The notes beneath the pieces were generated by a model that saw nothing but the letters and a program-made list of their open reading frames with translations, had not been told where the DNA came from and did not search any database. DNA of 64,000 nt from Caldilineae bacterium (lineage in GTDB: Bacteria; Chloroflexota; Anaerolineae; JAAEKA01), in the NCBI GenBank assembly GCA_020634555.1, contig JACKBK010000001.1, positions 67,317 to 131,316 of the forward strand, written 5' to 3'. A program made the position numbers and the translations under genes. Shown piece after piece: positions 34,744-44,552 of this stretch (within the stretch, counting starts at the first letter, position 1; each line of letters opens with the position of its first letter).

Positions 34744-36240
34744 TCACATCGCCGCCTGGTGGCTGTCGATCTTGCTCTTGTGGGTGTTGGCGTTGTAGGT
34801 GACCACCTTGCCGGCGTAGCGTTCCTTCACCGCGCGCAGCGGGCCGACGTTGTCCACCAACCGCCCGCCGGCGCGCTTGGCCGGCCCTTCCCAGTAATAG
34901 CCAAACTGCTGGTTCATCCAGCGCCAGCGCAGCAGCCCGTAGTACGGTTTCAACAGCCAGTGTCCCTGGCTGCGCCCGACGTAGAGGATGTCGTTTATCT
35001 CACACATCGCGCTGGCCTCAGACTCGCTGACCCAGGGCGTGTTGCCGCGGTTCAGGTCGAACTCAGCCCAGCCCTCCTGGTTGTCGGGCGGCACGTAGCC
35101 GCGCGACAGCGCGTCCGGCCAGAGCGGCGTTCCCGGATACGGCATGTAGACGCAGACCGAGCAGCGCGCGTTGGCGTTGATCCGGCACAGCCGGTCGATC
35201 AGTTCCAGCGTGATACGCCGTTCCTCCGGTCCTTCCTCCGGCAGCCCGACGATGAAGCTCAGGTTGGCCTCGATGTGCGGCGCATGCTCGGCCAGATTGC
35301 GCACACCTATCTCGATCCACTCGGCTTTCTGGTCCTTGGCAATGGAGTCCAGGACGGCCTGGCTGCCGCTTTCCGCGCCGATGTTGACCCACTGGCAGCC
35401 GGTCTCCACCATCCACCGGATAAACTCCGGCTTGAGCAACTGCACCCGTACCTGCCCACTCCAGGGCATATTCACTTTTTCTACCAGCCGCTGCATCGGC
35501 TTGATGCGGCCGAAGAGATAGTCGTCGGCGTAGTCCACCGCGTTGATGCCGTGGTGCTTCTTGAGCCAGTTGATCTGGTCGACGATGAACTGGTCGCTGT
35601 GCTGGCGCCAGGTGCGCTTCATGACGATCTCGTTGTAGCAGAACGCGCAACGGAACGGACAGCCGCGGCTGATATAGACCGGGATAGCGCGGTCGTACGG
35701 CCCGGATTGCAGCAAATACGCCTCGACATCAGCCAGCAAATCCCAGCGCGGCGAGAAGTCGTCCAGGTTCTGGATGAAGGGCCGCTCCATGTTGACCACC
35801 GGCTGGCCGGCCGCGTCCTTCCAGGCCAGCCCGCGCACCGCTGCCCAGTTGCGCCCGTTGCCCAGCTCGCGGGTGAACTCCTGCGCCGTCACCTCGCCCT
35901 CGTTGATGACGACGAAATCGATGAAGCACTCGCGCAACACCTCCTCCGGCATGATGGTCGCGTGGACGCCGCCCCAGACGGTGGTGATGCCCAACTCATG
36001 GACTCGTTTGGTGGCGTCGATGGTGGCTTTGAGCTGCGGACCGGTGATGGTGCTGAAGCCGACCCACAGCGGCCGCTCACGCTCGACGGCGCGCACAAAC
36101 TCGTCCACCTTGTCCTCTTCCTCGTGCCAGATCTGGACAGAATAGCCCTCCTGCATCAGCGCGTCGGCCACGTACATGATGCCGAAGGGCGGATACATGT
36201 CGCGCTCGTTGCGGAAGTTAACCATCATGATGTCGGTCAT
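34744..36240 (-). CDS. B12-binding domain-containing radical SAM protein (class B rSAM, methyltransferase-like)
   Basis: N-terminal cobalamin-binding-like domain; CxxxCxxC cluster motif ISRGCPFRCAFCYNE; about 500 aa as for class B rSAM enzymes; GAGGTGA SD before ATG 36240. Confidence 0.85.
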   Translation of the reverse strand: MTDIMMVNFRNERDMYPPFGIMYVADALMQEGYSVQIWHEEEDKVDEFVRAVERERPLWVGFSTITGPQLKATIDATKRVHELGITTVWGGVHATIMPEEVLRECFIDFVVINEGEVTAQEFTRELGNGRNWAAVRGLAWKDAAGQPVVNMERPFIQNLDDFSPRWDLLADVEAYLLQSGPYDRAIPVYISRGCPFRCAFCYNEIVMKRTWRQHSDQFIVDQINWLKKHHGINAVDYADDYLFGRIKPMQRLVEKVNMPWSGQVRVQLLKPEFIRWMVETGCQWVNIGAESGSQAVLDSIAKDQKAEWIEIGVRNLAEHAPHIEANLSFIVGLPEEGPEERRITLELIDRLCRINANARCSVCVYMPYPGTPLWPDALSRGYVPPDNQEGWAEFDLNRGNTPWVSESEASAMCEINDILYVGRSQGHWLLKPYYGLLRWRWMNQQFGYYWEGPAKRAGGRLVDNVGPLRAVKERYAGKVVTYNANTHKSKIDSHQAAM

Positions 36241-36334
36241 CGTGTCACCTCGGGGTGTCGTCCAGGTAGATAGGTAGACAGGTAGACGAGTAAGCAAGTA
36301 GACAGGTAGTCAAGTGGACAGGTGGCAGGTGCAG

Positions 36335-37867
36335 CTACGGTCTTGGCACGTAGATGGTTTGTGGTCGCACGACCAGCCCGTTGAGCGTCGCGGGCGCGTC
36401 TTGTGGTGAAAGCTGGCGCAACGGGACGTAGTTGGCGTCGATCAAGGCCATCAGCGCCGGTTCGGTTTCGAAGTACGGGCTTTCGTCCGAGATGATCCCG
36501 GCATACTCGCGGTTCTGGATGCGGGCGATGAGATCAGCCGGCAGCGGATCGCGGCCGCGCCAGCGGGCATGCCACAGGGCCTGGATCTGTGCCGAAGGCT
36601 GCTTGCCGGCTTTGAGCGCATAGAATGGGTGCATCATCACCAGCACCTCGCCCGGCATCGCTGCCAGGTCAGCAATAAACCGGTCGCCGGCCTGCCGCAT
36701 CTCGGTAGTCGGCCTGTAGTGCTGCACCGGCGCGGGCCGGATCAATCGCCCGACAGGGCTGGCCAGTGTCAGGCAAAACTGGAGAAGAACGGCCAACTCC
36801 AGCGCCGGTTTGGCCCAATGGCGGGCAGGTTGCCGCTCCAGCTCACGCCACACCAGCGCCGGCGTCAGACAGAGCAGGGAATAAGCCTGCATCAACTGGT
36901 TGCGGGCGCCGCCTACCGAAGTCCGCCCGGCCACACTGGCCACAATCGCCGCGGCGATGAACAACAACCACGGCTGTTCGCGCAGCAAATACCTGCGGCA
37001 ACGGATCAGCAGCAGCGCGGCTAGGATCACAAACATTCCGGCCAGCACGCCTATGTCGCCAAACACTTCGGCGCCCAGCGTGTACAGCGCCCGCTGCCAC
37101 TCGGTCGGACTGGCGAACGCGATGCCGAAAACGTAGGTGGTGAACCAGCCCTGGCTGGCAGCGTTCAGAGCCGCGGTCGGCACGGCTACCAACAACACAA
37201 ATGCGCCCGTGAACACCAGCCCGCGCCGGCCCTCCAGCGCCAACAGATACCCTGCCGCGATCACGCCGAAATAAAGCCCGTTCTGCTTGGCCAGATAGGC
37301 CAGCGCCAACAGCAGCGCGGCTGCAAGCTGCCCCGCTGCCGACCTGCGCCAGTAGATCACCGCTGCCAGACCGGCCACTGTCAGCGCAACGAACAGGGCA
37401 TCGACCCGGGCCAGATCATACCAACCGCCCACGATCCGATAGCCCGCCAGGTACAGCGCCCCGCCAACCAGGGCGATCAGTTTGCTGCGACTCTCGCGCC
37501 AGCCGATGAGTGCGATCAGGCTTGCGGTGGCCAGGGTTGCGATCAGCGAAAGCAACCGCAGCGGCGCCAGCGATGGACCGGTGATCGCCAACAGCGCCCC
37601 GCCGATCCAGGAATATAAGGGCATGTAAACGTGCGGCGCAAACTCAGCCGAAGGTGCGACATAGATCGGCAACCCGTTGGCCACTCGCCACGCCTGCATC
37701 AGCATACCGTCCTCGACAAAGTCGATGTCGAAGGGATAGGCGATGCGTTCGATGGCGGTAATCAAGGCAGCGGCTGCCAACGCCACGGCAACCACCACCA
37801 TTATCCATCGGATAGCTGCCGCTGGTGCAGACGTTGTCCGAACAACCCGACGCGGGAGTGATGCCAT
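36335..37867 (-). CDS. GT-C fold glycosyltransferase, GT39/PMT_2-like (ArnT/PMT superfamily) integral membrane protein
   Basis: About 10 N-terminal TM helices with an acidic first-loop motif (DIDFVEDG) and a C-terminal soluble domain; start uncertain (ATG 37867 or 37966). Confidence 0.6.
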   Translation of the reverse strand: MASLPRRVVRTTSAPAAAIRWIMVVVAVALAAAALITAIERIAYPFDIDFVEDGMLMQAWRVANGLPIYVAPSAEFAPHVYMPLYSWIGGALLAITGPSLAPLRLLSLIATLATASLIALIGWRESRSKLIALVGGALYLAGYRIVGGWYDLARVDALFVALTVAGLAAVIYWRRSAAGQLAAALLLALAYLAKQNGLYFGVIAAGYLLALEGRRGLVFTGAFVLLVAVPTAALNAASQGWFTTYVFGIAFASPTEWQRALYTLGAEVFGDIGVLAGMFVILAALLLIRCRRYLLREQPWLLFIAAAIVASVAGRTSVGGARNQLMQAYSLLCLTPALVWRELERQPARHWAKPALELAVLLQFCLTLASPVGRLIRPAPVQHYRPTTEMRQAGDRFIADLAAMPGEVLVMMHPFYALKAGKQPSAQIQALWHARWRGRDPLPADLIARIQNREYAGIISDESPYFETEPALMALIDANYVPLRQLSPQDAPATLNGLVVRPQTIYVPRP

Positions 37868-38051
37868 GATAGTCAATAACCCGCCAGAGGGCAAGCGTCG
37901 CGCTCCGTCGGCAATTAGAGCGATAGACTTCGGAAGTCGCCGAAGCAAGGAGGAAGCATCTCCCACCGCGTTAGGCTGGTTGTTACGTAGAACCGGCGAC
38001 TTCCGAAGTCTATGGCTGAAAAGTTACTTGTGGGTCGTGCTTCAGTGCTAC

Positions 38052-38891
38052 CTACGAACTGGCCGGTGCGATCATCACCCGAAACCCGGTGCCCTGGGCG
38101 TGGTAGACGCGGCTGGGAATGGTGATACTGCACGCGCTGCGGCAGTTGCAGGCGGTGTGCTGCGGGCTGTAGCCCCACGAACCGCCCTTCACCACATGGT
38201 ACGCCGGCACATCCGGGTTGTACAAACTCGTCGTCCACTCCCAGACGTTGCCGGCCATATCATAACAGCCAAAGGGCGAAACGTTCTGTGGGATTGCGCC
38301 CACTGGCAGCGGTGAACCGATACGCCAGTACCAGCCGCTGCGGGCCAACTCGACTTCTGGCCTGACAAGCAGGTTGCGTTGGTAGTAGTCCAGGCCCAGC
38401 GTATGCGTCGCCTTCAGATCAGCCAGTTCCGGCCGAGGCAATGCTTCCCCCCAGGGAAAAGTGCGTCCATCCACGCCCCTCGCCGCTTTCTCCCACTGAT
38501 ATTCATCGGGCAGCGTGCAGCGCAGTCCAAGCTGTGCCGACAGCCAGCGACAGTACGCGAACGCATCCTCCTGCGTCACATCCACAATCGGATAGTTGGC
38601 CATTTCGGGCGGATAGGTATCGCACGGGGCAAATCGCCGCAGCCATCCCCTCGGCGCAGCCACAATCCGCCACCATGCGCCGATCCATTCGTAGCCCGTG
38701 TCGTCCAGAAACACCTTCCACTCGCGGTACGTCACGGGATGGCGCGCCAGCCAGAACTCGTCCAGCGTCACCACCTGCCGCGGCCGGGGCGGCGGTGCCA
38801 TTTCGAGTCGCTCGTAGGTCACCTCAGGGCCGTAGATGAACGGACCGGCGGGGACGTGGACGAAACTCTCAGGAACAGTGGACCGGTTCAC
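38052..38891 (-). CDS. Formylglycine-generating-enzyme (FGE)/SUMF1-sulfatase-modifying-factor domain protein
   Basis: FVHVPAGPFIYG ... VTLDEFWLARHPVTYREW ... YRLPTEAEWE-like stretch (TLPDEYQWEKAARG) ... GNVWEWTTS ... KGGSW; GTG 38891 overlaps the flippase stop (GTGA). Confidence 0.75.
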   Translation of the reverse strand: MNRSTVPESFVHVPAGPFIYGPEVTYERLEMAPPPRPRQVVTLDEFWLARHPVTYREWKVFLDDTGYEWIGAWWRIVAAPRGWLRRFAPCDTYPPEMANYPIVDVTQEDAFAYCRWLSAQLGLRCTLPDEYQWEKAARGVDGRTFPWGEALPRPELADLKATHTLGLDYYQRNLLVRPEVELARSGWYWRIGSPLPVGAIPQNVSPFGCYDMAGNVWEWTTSLYNPDVPAYHVVKGGSWGYSPQHTACNCRSACSITIPSRVYHAQGTGFRVMIAPASS

Positions 38892-40165
38892 ATCGCCCGC
38901 CAAATCAAGCTTAGTCGGAACTCCGGCCGCAGGCGCACTGCCAACACAATCGCCTGCACCAGAACGGCGATGCTCAACGCCAGCGCCGTGCCGGTCGCGC
39001 CATAGCCCGGAGCCAGCGCCAGCGTCCCGGCCAGAAATACCAGCAGGGCAACAAAAATCGCGCTGAACTTGACTGCGCCGCGGCCCGACACGGTGGCGAC
39101 AACGTTGGCGGCCCAGACGATGACCGCCGGCGGCATAGCCAGGCTGATCCAGCGCAGGACCGGCGCAGCCGCGGCGAAATCCTTGCCGAACACCAGCGGC
39201 GCTGCCAGACCGGCCAGAAGCCAAACAGCCACGGTAGCCGCAACGGTGATCAGCAGGCCGGCGCGCATAAAGCTGCCCAGCCGGCGCTGCATCTCGTCCA
39301 TGCACCCCTGGGCGCGCAACGCCGTCAACGCCGGAATCAGGCTCTGTGCGAACTGGCTGACCGTGACGTAGACCATCAGATACATGCCGATGGCCAGGCT
39401 GATGAAGCCGACCTGTGCACTGTTGCCGGTGAGCGCCTCTACCAGCACCGGTCCGGAGCGGTAGAGCGCCACCGCGGCCAGATTGGCCAGAAAGAAGCCG
39501 AGGCCGGCCAGCAGAAAAGGTTTAAAGTAGCGCCATTCGACGCGCAGCTCGCGGCCCAGCCAGTCGTCGCGTGCCCACCACAGCCCCAGCCCCGCGAAGA
39601 GCAGCTCCATCAGCACCAGAGCCAGCAGCGCGCCGGTGAACCCCAACAGCGGGTAGAGCGCCAGCAGCGCAGCCAGCGTCACCCACTGCCGCCATGCCTG
39701 CTCCGTCATCCACGCGCCGACGCGGTTCTGCGCCAGCGCGTATTGGAACGGCACCCACGATGCCACCCGCAACACCACCATCAGCCCGGCCATCAGCGCC
39801 CACAGGGGAATCATCCAGCTCGCCAGCAGCATGGATGCGGCGGCCGTCGCGACAAAGCAGAGCATCGACGCCGCCAGCGAAAATGCCAGCGTGCGCATGT
39901 AGAGCTTCCTGGCCTCGTCGGGCGCCATGGTAGGCACAAAACGGCCAAACACATCCAGTGTGCCCAGGTCGGCCAAAATCGCGCCGAGAAATGTCAGCGA
40001 CAACACGAACGAAAAACGCCCGTAGTCCTCGACGCCCAGCAGCCGCGGCAGGATCACCACCGCAGCCAGCGAGCCGGCGATCTGGGCTACCTTGTGCGCC
40101 GAGATCACCGACGTGTTCGAGACCAGCCGGCGGTGCGGCGTGTTGGCAGGAGCGGAATCACTCAT
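38888..40165 (-). CDS. MOP-superfamily flippase / polysaccharide biosynthesis protein (Wzx/MurJ-like)
   Basis: 425 aa, about 12-14 TM helices, N-terminal VSNTSVISAHKVAQIAGSLAAVVILPRLLG typical of the PF01943/PF13440 polysaccharide-biosynthesis family. Confidence 0.65.
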   Translation of the reverse strand: MSDSAPANTPHRRLVSNTSVISAHKVAQIAGSLAAVVILPRLLGVEDYGRFSFVLSLTFLGAILADLGTLDVFGRFVPTMAPDEARKLYMRTLAFSLAASMLCFVATAAASMLLASWMIPLWALMAGLMVVLRVASWVPFQYALAQNRVGAWMTEQAWRQWVTLAALLALYPLLGFTGALLALVLMELLFAGLGLWWARDDWLGRELRVEWRYFKPFLLAGLGFFLANLAAVALYRSGPVLVEALTGNSAQVGFISLAIGMYLMVYVTVSQFAQSLIPALTALRAQGCMDEMQRRLGSFMRAGLLITVAATVAVWLLAGLAAPLVFGKDFAAAAPVLRWISLAMPPAVIVWAANVVATVSGRGAVKFSAIFVALLVFLAGTLALAPGYGATGTALALSIAVLVQAIVLAVRLRPEFRLSLIWRAM

Positions 40166-40181
40166 TGCGAGCAGCAGAAAG

Positions 40182-43100
40182 TTAGTTTTGGACGGTCACA
40201 GACACAGTCGTACTTGTCTCGGCCCCGCTGACGCCGCGGACGGTCAGCAGCAGGCTGTAGACGCCGGTGGGCAGGCCGGTGGTGTTCCATGTGCCCAGCG
40301 CATCGAAACTGGGGGTGAAATAAACCGGCTGGTCGGGGCGGACCGGCAGGAATCCCTCCGGTCCGGAGTATTGCAACGTGTAGCTGGCGAAATCAGGCCC
40401 GGCCGCCACGCCAGAGATGCTGACCAGACCGCTTATCAGATTGCCATCGGCCGGCTGCGTGATCACTGCGATCAGGTTGGGCAGCGGCGGAGTTGCCGTC
40501 GGCGGCTCGACAAGGACGGTTGGCGTTGTGGTTGGCTCGGCCACCGGCGTCGCGGTGCTGGTCGGTGAAGGCAGCCAGGTCGCAGTCGGCGTCGCCGACG
40601 GCAGCACGACCGGCGTCGCGGTCGGCGTCGGTGTTGCGGTGTCCAGGGCTGTGGCAGTAGGTGAAGCCGTCGGTCGCGCGACAGTGACGCGCGCCGGCAT
40701 GGACTCGTAGCGCCGCCCAGAACGATCCACTGCTACCACCCGCAGCAGATGCGGGCCATCCACCGGCAGCCGCGCGGTGTCCCACCACGCCAGGTCGCCG
40801 TTCTCCACCGGGTTGTAGACCGGCCCTGCCACGATGCCCCAGGCGCCAGGACTGAACGACTCGCCATACTCCACCAGGTAATGGTCAAAATCAGGAGCCG
40901 TCGCGCTGCCGACGATACGCACCAGCCCCGCCAGGATCTGGCCATCGTACGGTTGGTAGATCGCGACGTTGGCGCTGGCCGCAGTGGCAACCGGAGTCAC
41001 GCCGGGCGCGGCGCCTGGCGGCAACTGGTCAGCCGCAAAGACCTCCATCCTGCGCTGATCTGATGGGCAGGACGCGTCAGCCGCCGCGCCGGTGGTCGTA
41101 CAGATTTCCACCTGCTGAATGCCGTCGGGAACGGCGAAATCGAGCTTGGGCTGCTCAGCCAGCGCGGCGCGCATGAAGCGGTTCCAGATCGGCCCGGCGC
41201 CGGCAATGCCCGACAACCGCGGGTTCATCGGCGTCCCGTCCGCGTTGCCCACCCAGACGCCCGTCACCAACTGCGGCGTGTAGCCAATCGTCCAAATATC
41301 GCGCACGTCGTTGGTTGTCCCGGTCTTGACGGCTGCGGGCCGGTCCAGCACCAGCGACGAGTTCGCGCCAAAGGTTGGCGACCGAGCCTCGTTGTCCTTG
41401 AGAATGTGGGTCAGCAGGTAAGCGTGCTGCGCCAGCGCGGCCCGCTGCTGCCGGGGCTGCTGGATCAGCGAGTCGGGTGTGACCGGCGCATCCCGGCAGG
41501 CTGCCGGCAGATCAGATGTCTCTAACCGTTCCAACACGTTGCCCTGCGCATCGAGCACACACAGAATCGTCGTTGGCGCTGCCAAAACGCCGCCGTTAGC
41601 CAGCGCGCCGTAGGCGCTGGTCATCTCCAGCAGCGTCACCTCACCGCCGCCCAGCGTCAGCGACAGTCCGTAGAGCGGGTGGCCCGGCTGCGTCAGCGTC
41701 GCCATGCCGAAGCGGTCGGTGACTTGCAGCAACGCATCCACACCCACGCTTCGCAGCGCTTTGACGGCCGGCACGTTGTAGGAGTTGGCCAACGCTGTGC
41801 GCACGCTGACGCGCCCGTGCTCCTTGCCGTCGTAGTTGGTCGGCACATAGGGTGGCCGGCCCGGCCCGTCGTCGAACTCGGTGCGCACGTCGTCGATCAG
41901 GGTCGCCGGCGTCCACCAGTCCTCGGCCCGCTCGAAGGTCGCCAGGTAGGTGAAAGGCTTGATCGTCGAGCCGGGCTGGCGGGGTGAGATAGCCACATTG
42001 ACCTGCCCGCTGATCTCGGCGTCGAAGAAGTCAGCCGACCCGACCAACGCCTTGATCTCGCCGGTGCGCGGGTCGATAGCCACCAGCGCGCCGTTGCTGA
42101 CGTTCTGGCCGCTCAGTTCGGCCACCCCCTGGCTGACCAGTTGCTCGGCCTGCTGCTGCATGGCGCTGTCGAGGCTGGTGTAGACCTGCAAACCGCCGTT
42201 GTAAAGCAACCCCGGGCCGTAGAGTTGCTCAAGCTGGCTGCGCACGTAGGTGACAAAATGCGGTGCTCGACTCAGCTGTACGTCGTCCAGTCCTTGTCCG
42301 TGATAGGTCAACGGCTCGGCCCAGGCCGCGTCAGCTTCAGCCGCGCTGATGGCCCCGTTCTCCACCATCAGCCGCAGGACATCAGCCTGGCGGTCCTTGG
42401 CGGCCTCCGGGTTTTGCAGCGGATCGTAGGTGGCAGGCGCTTGCGGCAAACCGGCCAGCAGAGCCGCCTCGGCCAGCGTTAGCTCGGCGGCCGGCTTGTT
42501 GAAGTAGAGACGCGCCGCCGATCCCGCGCCGTAGGCCAGGTTGCCGTAGTTGATCTGGTTGAGGTATAGCTCCAGAATCGTGTCCTTGTCGTATCGACGG
42601 GTGATCTCCGCTGCCAGCACGGCTTCCTTGATCTTGCGGCTGACGGTGCGTTCCGGCGACAGGAAAACCAGCTTGACGAGTTGCTGGCTGATGGTGCTGG
42701 TGCCGACCACCGGGCCGCTGTTCTGCACGGCGCGGAAGATGGCGCGCGCCAGCCCGGCCGGATCGACGCCGGGGTGGTTGTAGAAGTTGGCGTCCTCGGT
42801 GGCGATGGTGGCGGCGACGAGGTAAGGCGAGATGTCGTCCAGCGCGACGTGCCGTCGCAGCCCTGCCGCAGGGTCGTTGGGCGCCAGCGGCGCTTGCAAC
42901 AGCGCACCGTTGCGGTCGAGGATGCGGGTGTTCTCGCCCTGGCTGGCACGCGTGATCAACTCACTGGCCGGCGGCAACACTGTAGCGATGCCCGCGTAGC
43001 CCAGCGCAAACAGGGCCAGGCCAAGCAGCGCGACAATAAGGAACAAAAACACGCCCATCAGCACACCGTTGGCGCAGCCGCTGCCGCTGGCCTGCCGGCG

Positions 43101-43217
43101 CGAACGCGGTGTCTGGACGCTGCCAGCCGGCTGTCCATAGCCCGGTGGGGGCGGAGGCAGCGGGCGTCGCGGCTGCCTCGGTGGTTGCGGCTTTGGGGAA
43201 GAAGGTTGATTGCTCAT
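40182..43217 (-). CDS. Class A penicillin-binding protein (PBP1A-type bifunctional transglycosylase/transpeptidase) with Pro-rich N-terminal tail and C-terminal Thr/Pro linker plus two repeated beta-domains
   Basis: GT51 motifs (EDANFYNHPGVD; QQLVKLVFL ... RKIKEAVLAAEITRRYDKDTILELYLNQINYG); TPase STIKPFTYLA, SYN, KTGTTND; C-terminal repeated about 90-aa domain (GLVRIVGSATAPDFDHYLVEYG / GLVSISGVAAGPDFASYTLQYSG). Confidence 0.9.
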   Translation of the reverse strand: MSNQPSSPKPQPPRQPRRPLPPPPPGYGQPAGSVQTPRSRRQASGSGCANGVLMGVFLFLIVALLGLALFALGYAGIATVLPPASELITRASQGENTRILDRNGALLQAPLAPNDPAAGLRRHVALDDISPYLVAATIATEDANFYNHPGVDPAGLARAIFRAVQNSGPVVGTSTISQQLVKLVFLSPERTVSRKIKEAVLAAEITRRYDKDTILELYLNQINYGNLAYGAGSAARLYFNKPAAELTLAEAALLAGLPQAPATYDPLQNPEAAKDRQADVLRLMVENGAISAAEADAAWAEPLTYHGQGLDDVQLSRAPHFVTYVRSQLEQLYGPGLLYNGGLQVYTSLDSAMQQQAEQLVSQGVAELSGQNVSNGALVAIDPRTGEIKALVGSADFFDAEISGQVNVAISPRQPGSTIKPFTYLATFERAEDWWTPATLIDDVRTEFDDGPGRPPYVPTNYDGKEHGRVSVRTALANSYNVPAVKALRSVGVDALLQVTDRFGMATLTQPGHPLYGLSLTLGGGEVTLLEMTSAYGALANGGVLAAPTTILCVLDAQGNVLERLETSDLPAACRDAPVTPDSLIQQPRQQRAALAQHAYLLTHILKDNEARSPTFGANSSLVLDRPAAVKTGTTNDVRDIWTIGYTPQLVTGVWVGNADGTPMNPRLSGIAGAGPIWNRFMRAALAEQPKLDFAVPDGIQQVEICTTTGAAADASCPSDQRRMEVFAADQLPPGAAPGVTPVATAASANVAIYQPYDGQILAGLVRIVGSATAPDFDHYLVEYGESFSPGAWGIVAGPVYNPVENGDLAWWDTARLPVDGPHLLRVVAVDRSGRRYESMPARVTVARPTASPTATALDTATPTPTATPVVLPSATPTATWLPSPTSTATPVAEPTTTPTVLVEPPTATPPLPNLIAVITQPADGNLISGLVSISGVAAGPDFASYTLQYSGPEGFLPVRPDQPVYFTPSFDALGTWNTTGLPTGVYSLLLTVRGVSGAETSTTVSVTVQN

Positions 43218-43340
43218 GACGGGTGTTAGACGAACAAAAGAGCAGAATTGTTCAAACCGCTTGTCTGAGGCGGCCACTTGGTCTATAATGCGCTCAGTGC
43301 CATCAACGCCGCAGGTGCGGCTGTCACAAAGGAGTGTTAC

Positions 43341-44144
43341 ATGGACCTCAGCGCCCTGATTTCGTTCGTTATCGTACTCGCAATTTTGTTGTTCCTGGTC
43401 TCTACCGCGATCAAGATCGTTCCGGAGTACGAGCGAGCCGTTATCTTCCGTTTGGGCCGCTTGTTGACTGTCAAAGGGCCGGGACTGATCTTCCTGATCC
43501 CCTTTGTGGACCGGGCCGTGCGCGTCGACTTGCGGGTGATCACCATGGATGTGCCTTCACAGGAAGCCATCTCCCGCGACAACGTTACCGTCAAGGTCAA
43601 CGCAGTGGTCTACTTCCGGGTTGTGGAGCCGTCATCAGCGGTCGTCAACGTCGAGGATTACCGGCGTGCGACCTGGAACATCGCTCAGACAACCTTGCGC
43701 AACGTGCTGGGTCAAAGCGAGTTGGACGAGCTGTTGGCGCACCGCGAGCGCATCAACCAGAAGCTGCAGCAGATCATCGACGAAGCCACGGAGCCATGGG
43801 GGATCAAGGTCGGCATCGTTGAGGTCAAGGACGTGGAACTGCCTGAAACCATGAAGCGTTCCATGGCCAAACAAGCTGAGGCTGAGCGCGAGAAGCGAGC
43901 CAAGATCATCGGCGCCTCCGGCGAGTACGAAGCAGCGCAGCAACTGCGTGAGGCCGCCCACACGCTCGCCCACGAGCCGGTTGCCGTGCAACTGCGCTAC
44001 CTCTCGACTCTGGTAGAGATCGCCTCCGAGAAGAACTCGACCATCATCTTCCCGATTCCCGTCGAGTTTGTGCGCGCCTTTGGCACCCTGATGGAAAACA
44101 TGACCGGCAGCAGCCAATCCGACGAGGCTGACCCCGCCGGCTAA
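43341..44144 (+). CDS. SPFH/Band-7 (stomatin-like) membrane protein
   Basis: N-terminal TM then [17 protein letters not shown] ... [19 protein letters not shown] ... ; AAAGGAG SD. Confidence 0.85.
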   Translation: MDLSALISFVIVLAILLFLVSTAIKIVPEYERAVIFRLGRLLTVKGPGLIFLIPFVDRAVRVDLRVITMDVPSQEAISRDNVTVKVNAVVYFRVVEPSSAVVNVEDYRRATWNIAQTTLRNVLGQSELDELLAHRERINQKLQQIIDEATEPWGIKVGIVEVKDVELPETMKRSMAKQAEAEREKRAKIIGASGEYEAAQQLREAAHTLAHEPVAVQLRYLSTLVEIASEKNSTIIFPIPVEFVRAFGTLMENMTGSSQSDEADPAG

Positions 44145-44164
44145 TTCTGTTCTCCAAGCGCCTC

Positions 44165-44530
44165 ATGCCACCACTTCACCCCCAGCCCGCTGCTGACTTC
44201 CTGGCCGTCTGGCACGACGCCCTGCGAGCCGCTGGCTGGGAAGCGATCACCAGCGAGGCTTTGGGCGAGGTCGCGGCCCGGCTGGAGCAGGGTGATGCGG
44301 TCTGGACGCTGGTTGTCGACCGCGCTGCTCGCTTTCGGTTCATAGCCTCGCGGCCGTTAGCCGACGACGCCTGGTCGGGTGTGGAGATCGATGACCGCGC
44401 CTATACCGGCCATCACGAGTACCGGCATACCGTCACTGTCACCGGGCAGATCGCGCCCGACACGACGTGCGATACGTTGCTGGCGGATCTGGCCTACGTG
44501 GCCGAAGCGCCGCCGGTAAACACCGAATAA
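44165..44530 (+). CDS. Hypothetical protein (121 aa)
   Basis: ORF between SPFH and comEA; no motif recognized. Confidence 0.35.
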   Translation: MPPLHPQPAADFLAVWHDALRAAGWEAITSEALGEVAARLEQGDAVWTLVVDRAARFRFIASRPLADDAWSGVEIDDRAYTGHHEYRHTVTVTGQIAPDTTCDTLLADLAYVAEAPPVNTE

Positions 44531-44552
44531 AAGCTGCACCGGGAGGGAAACC

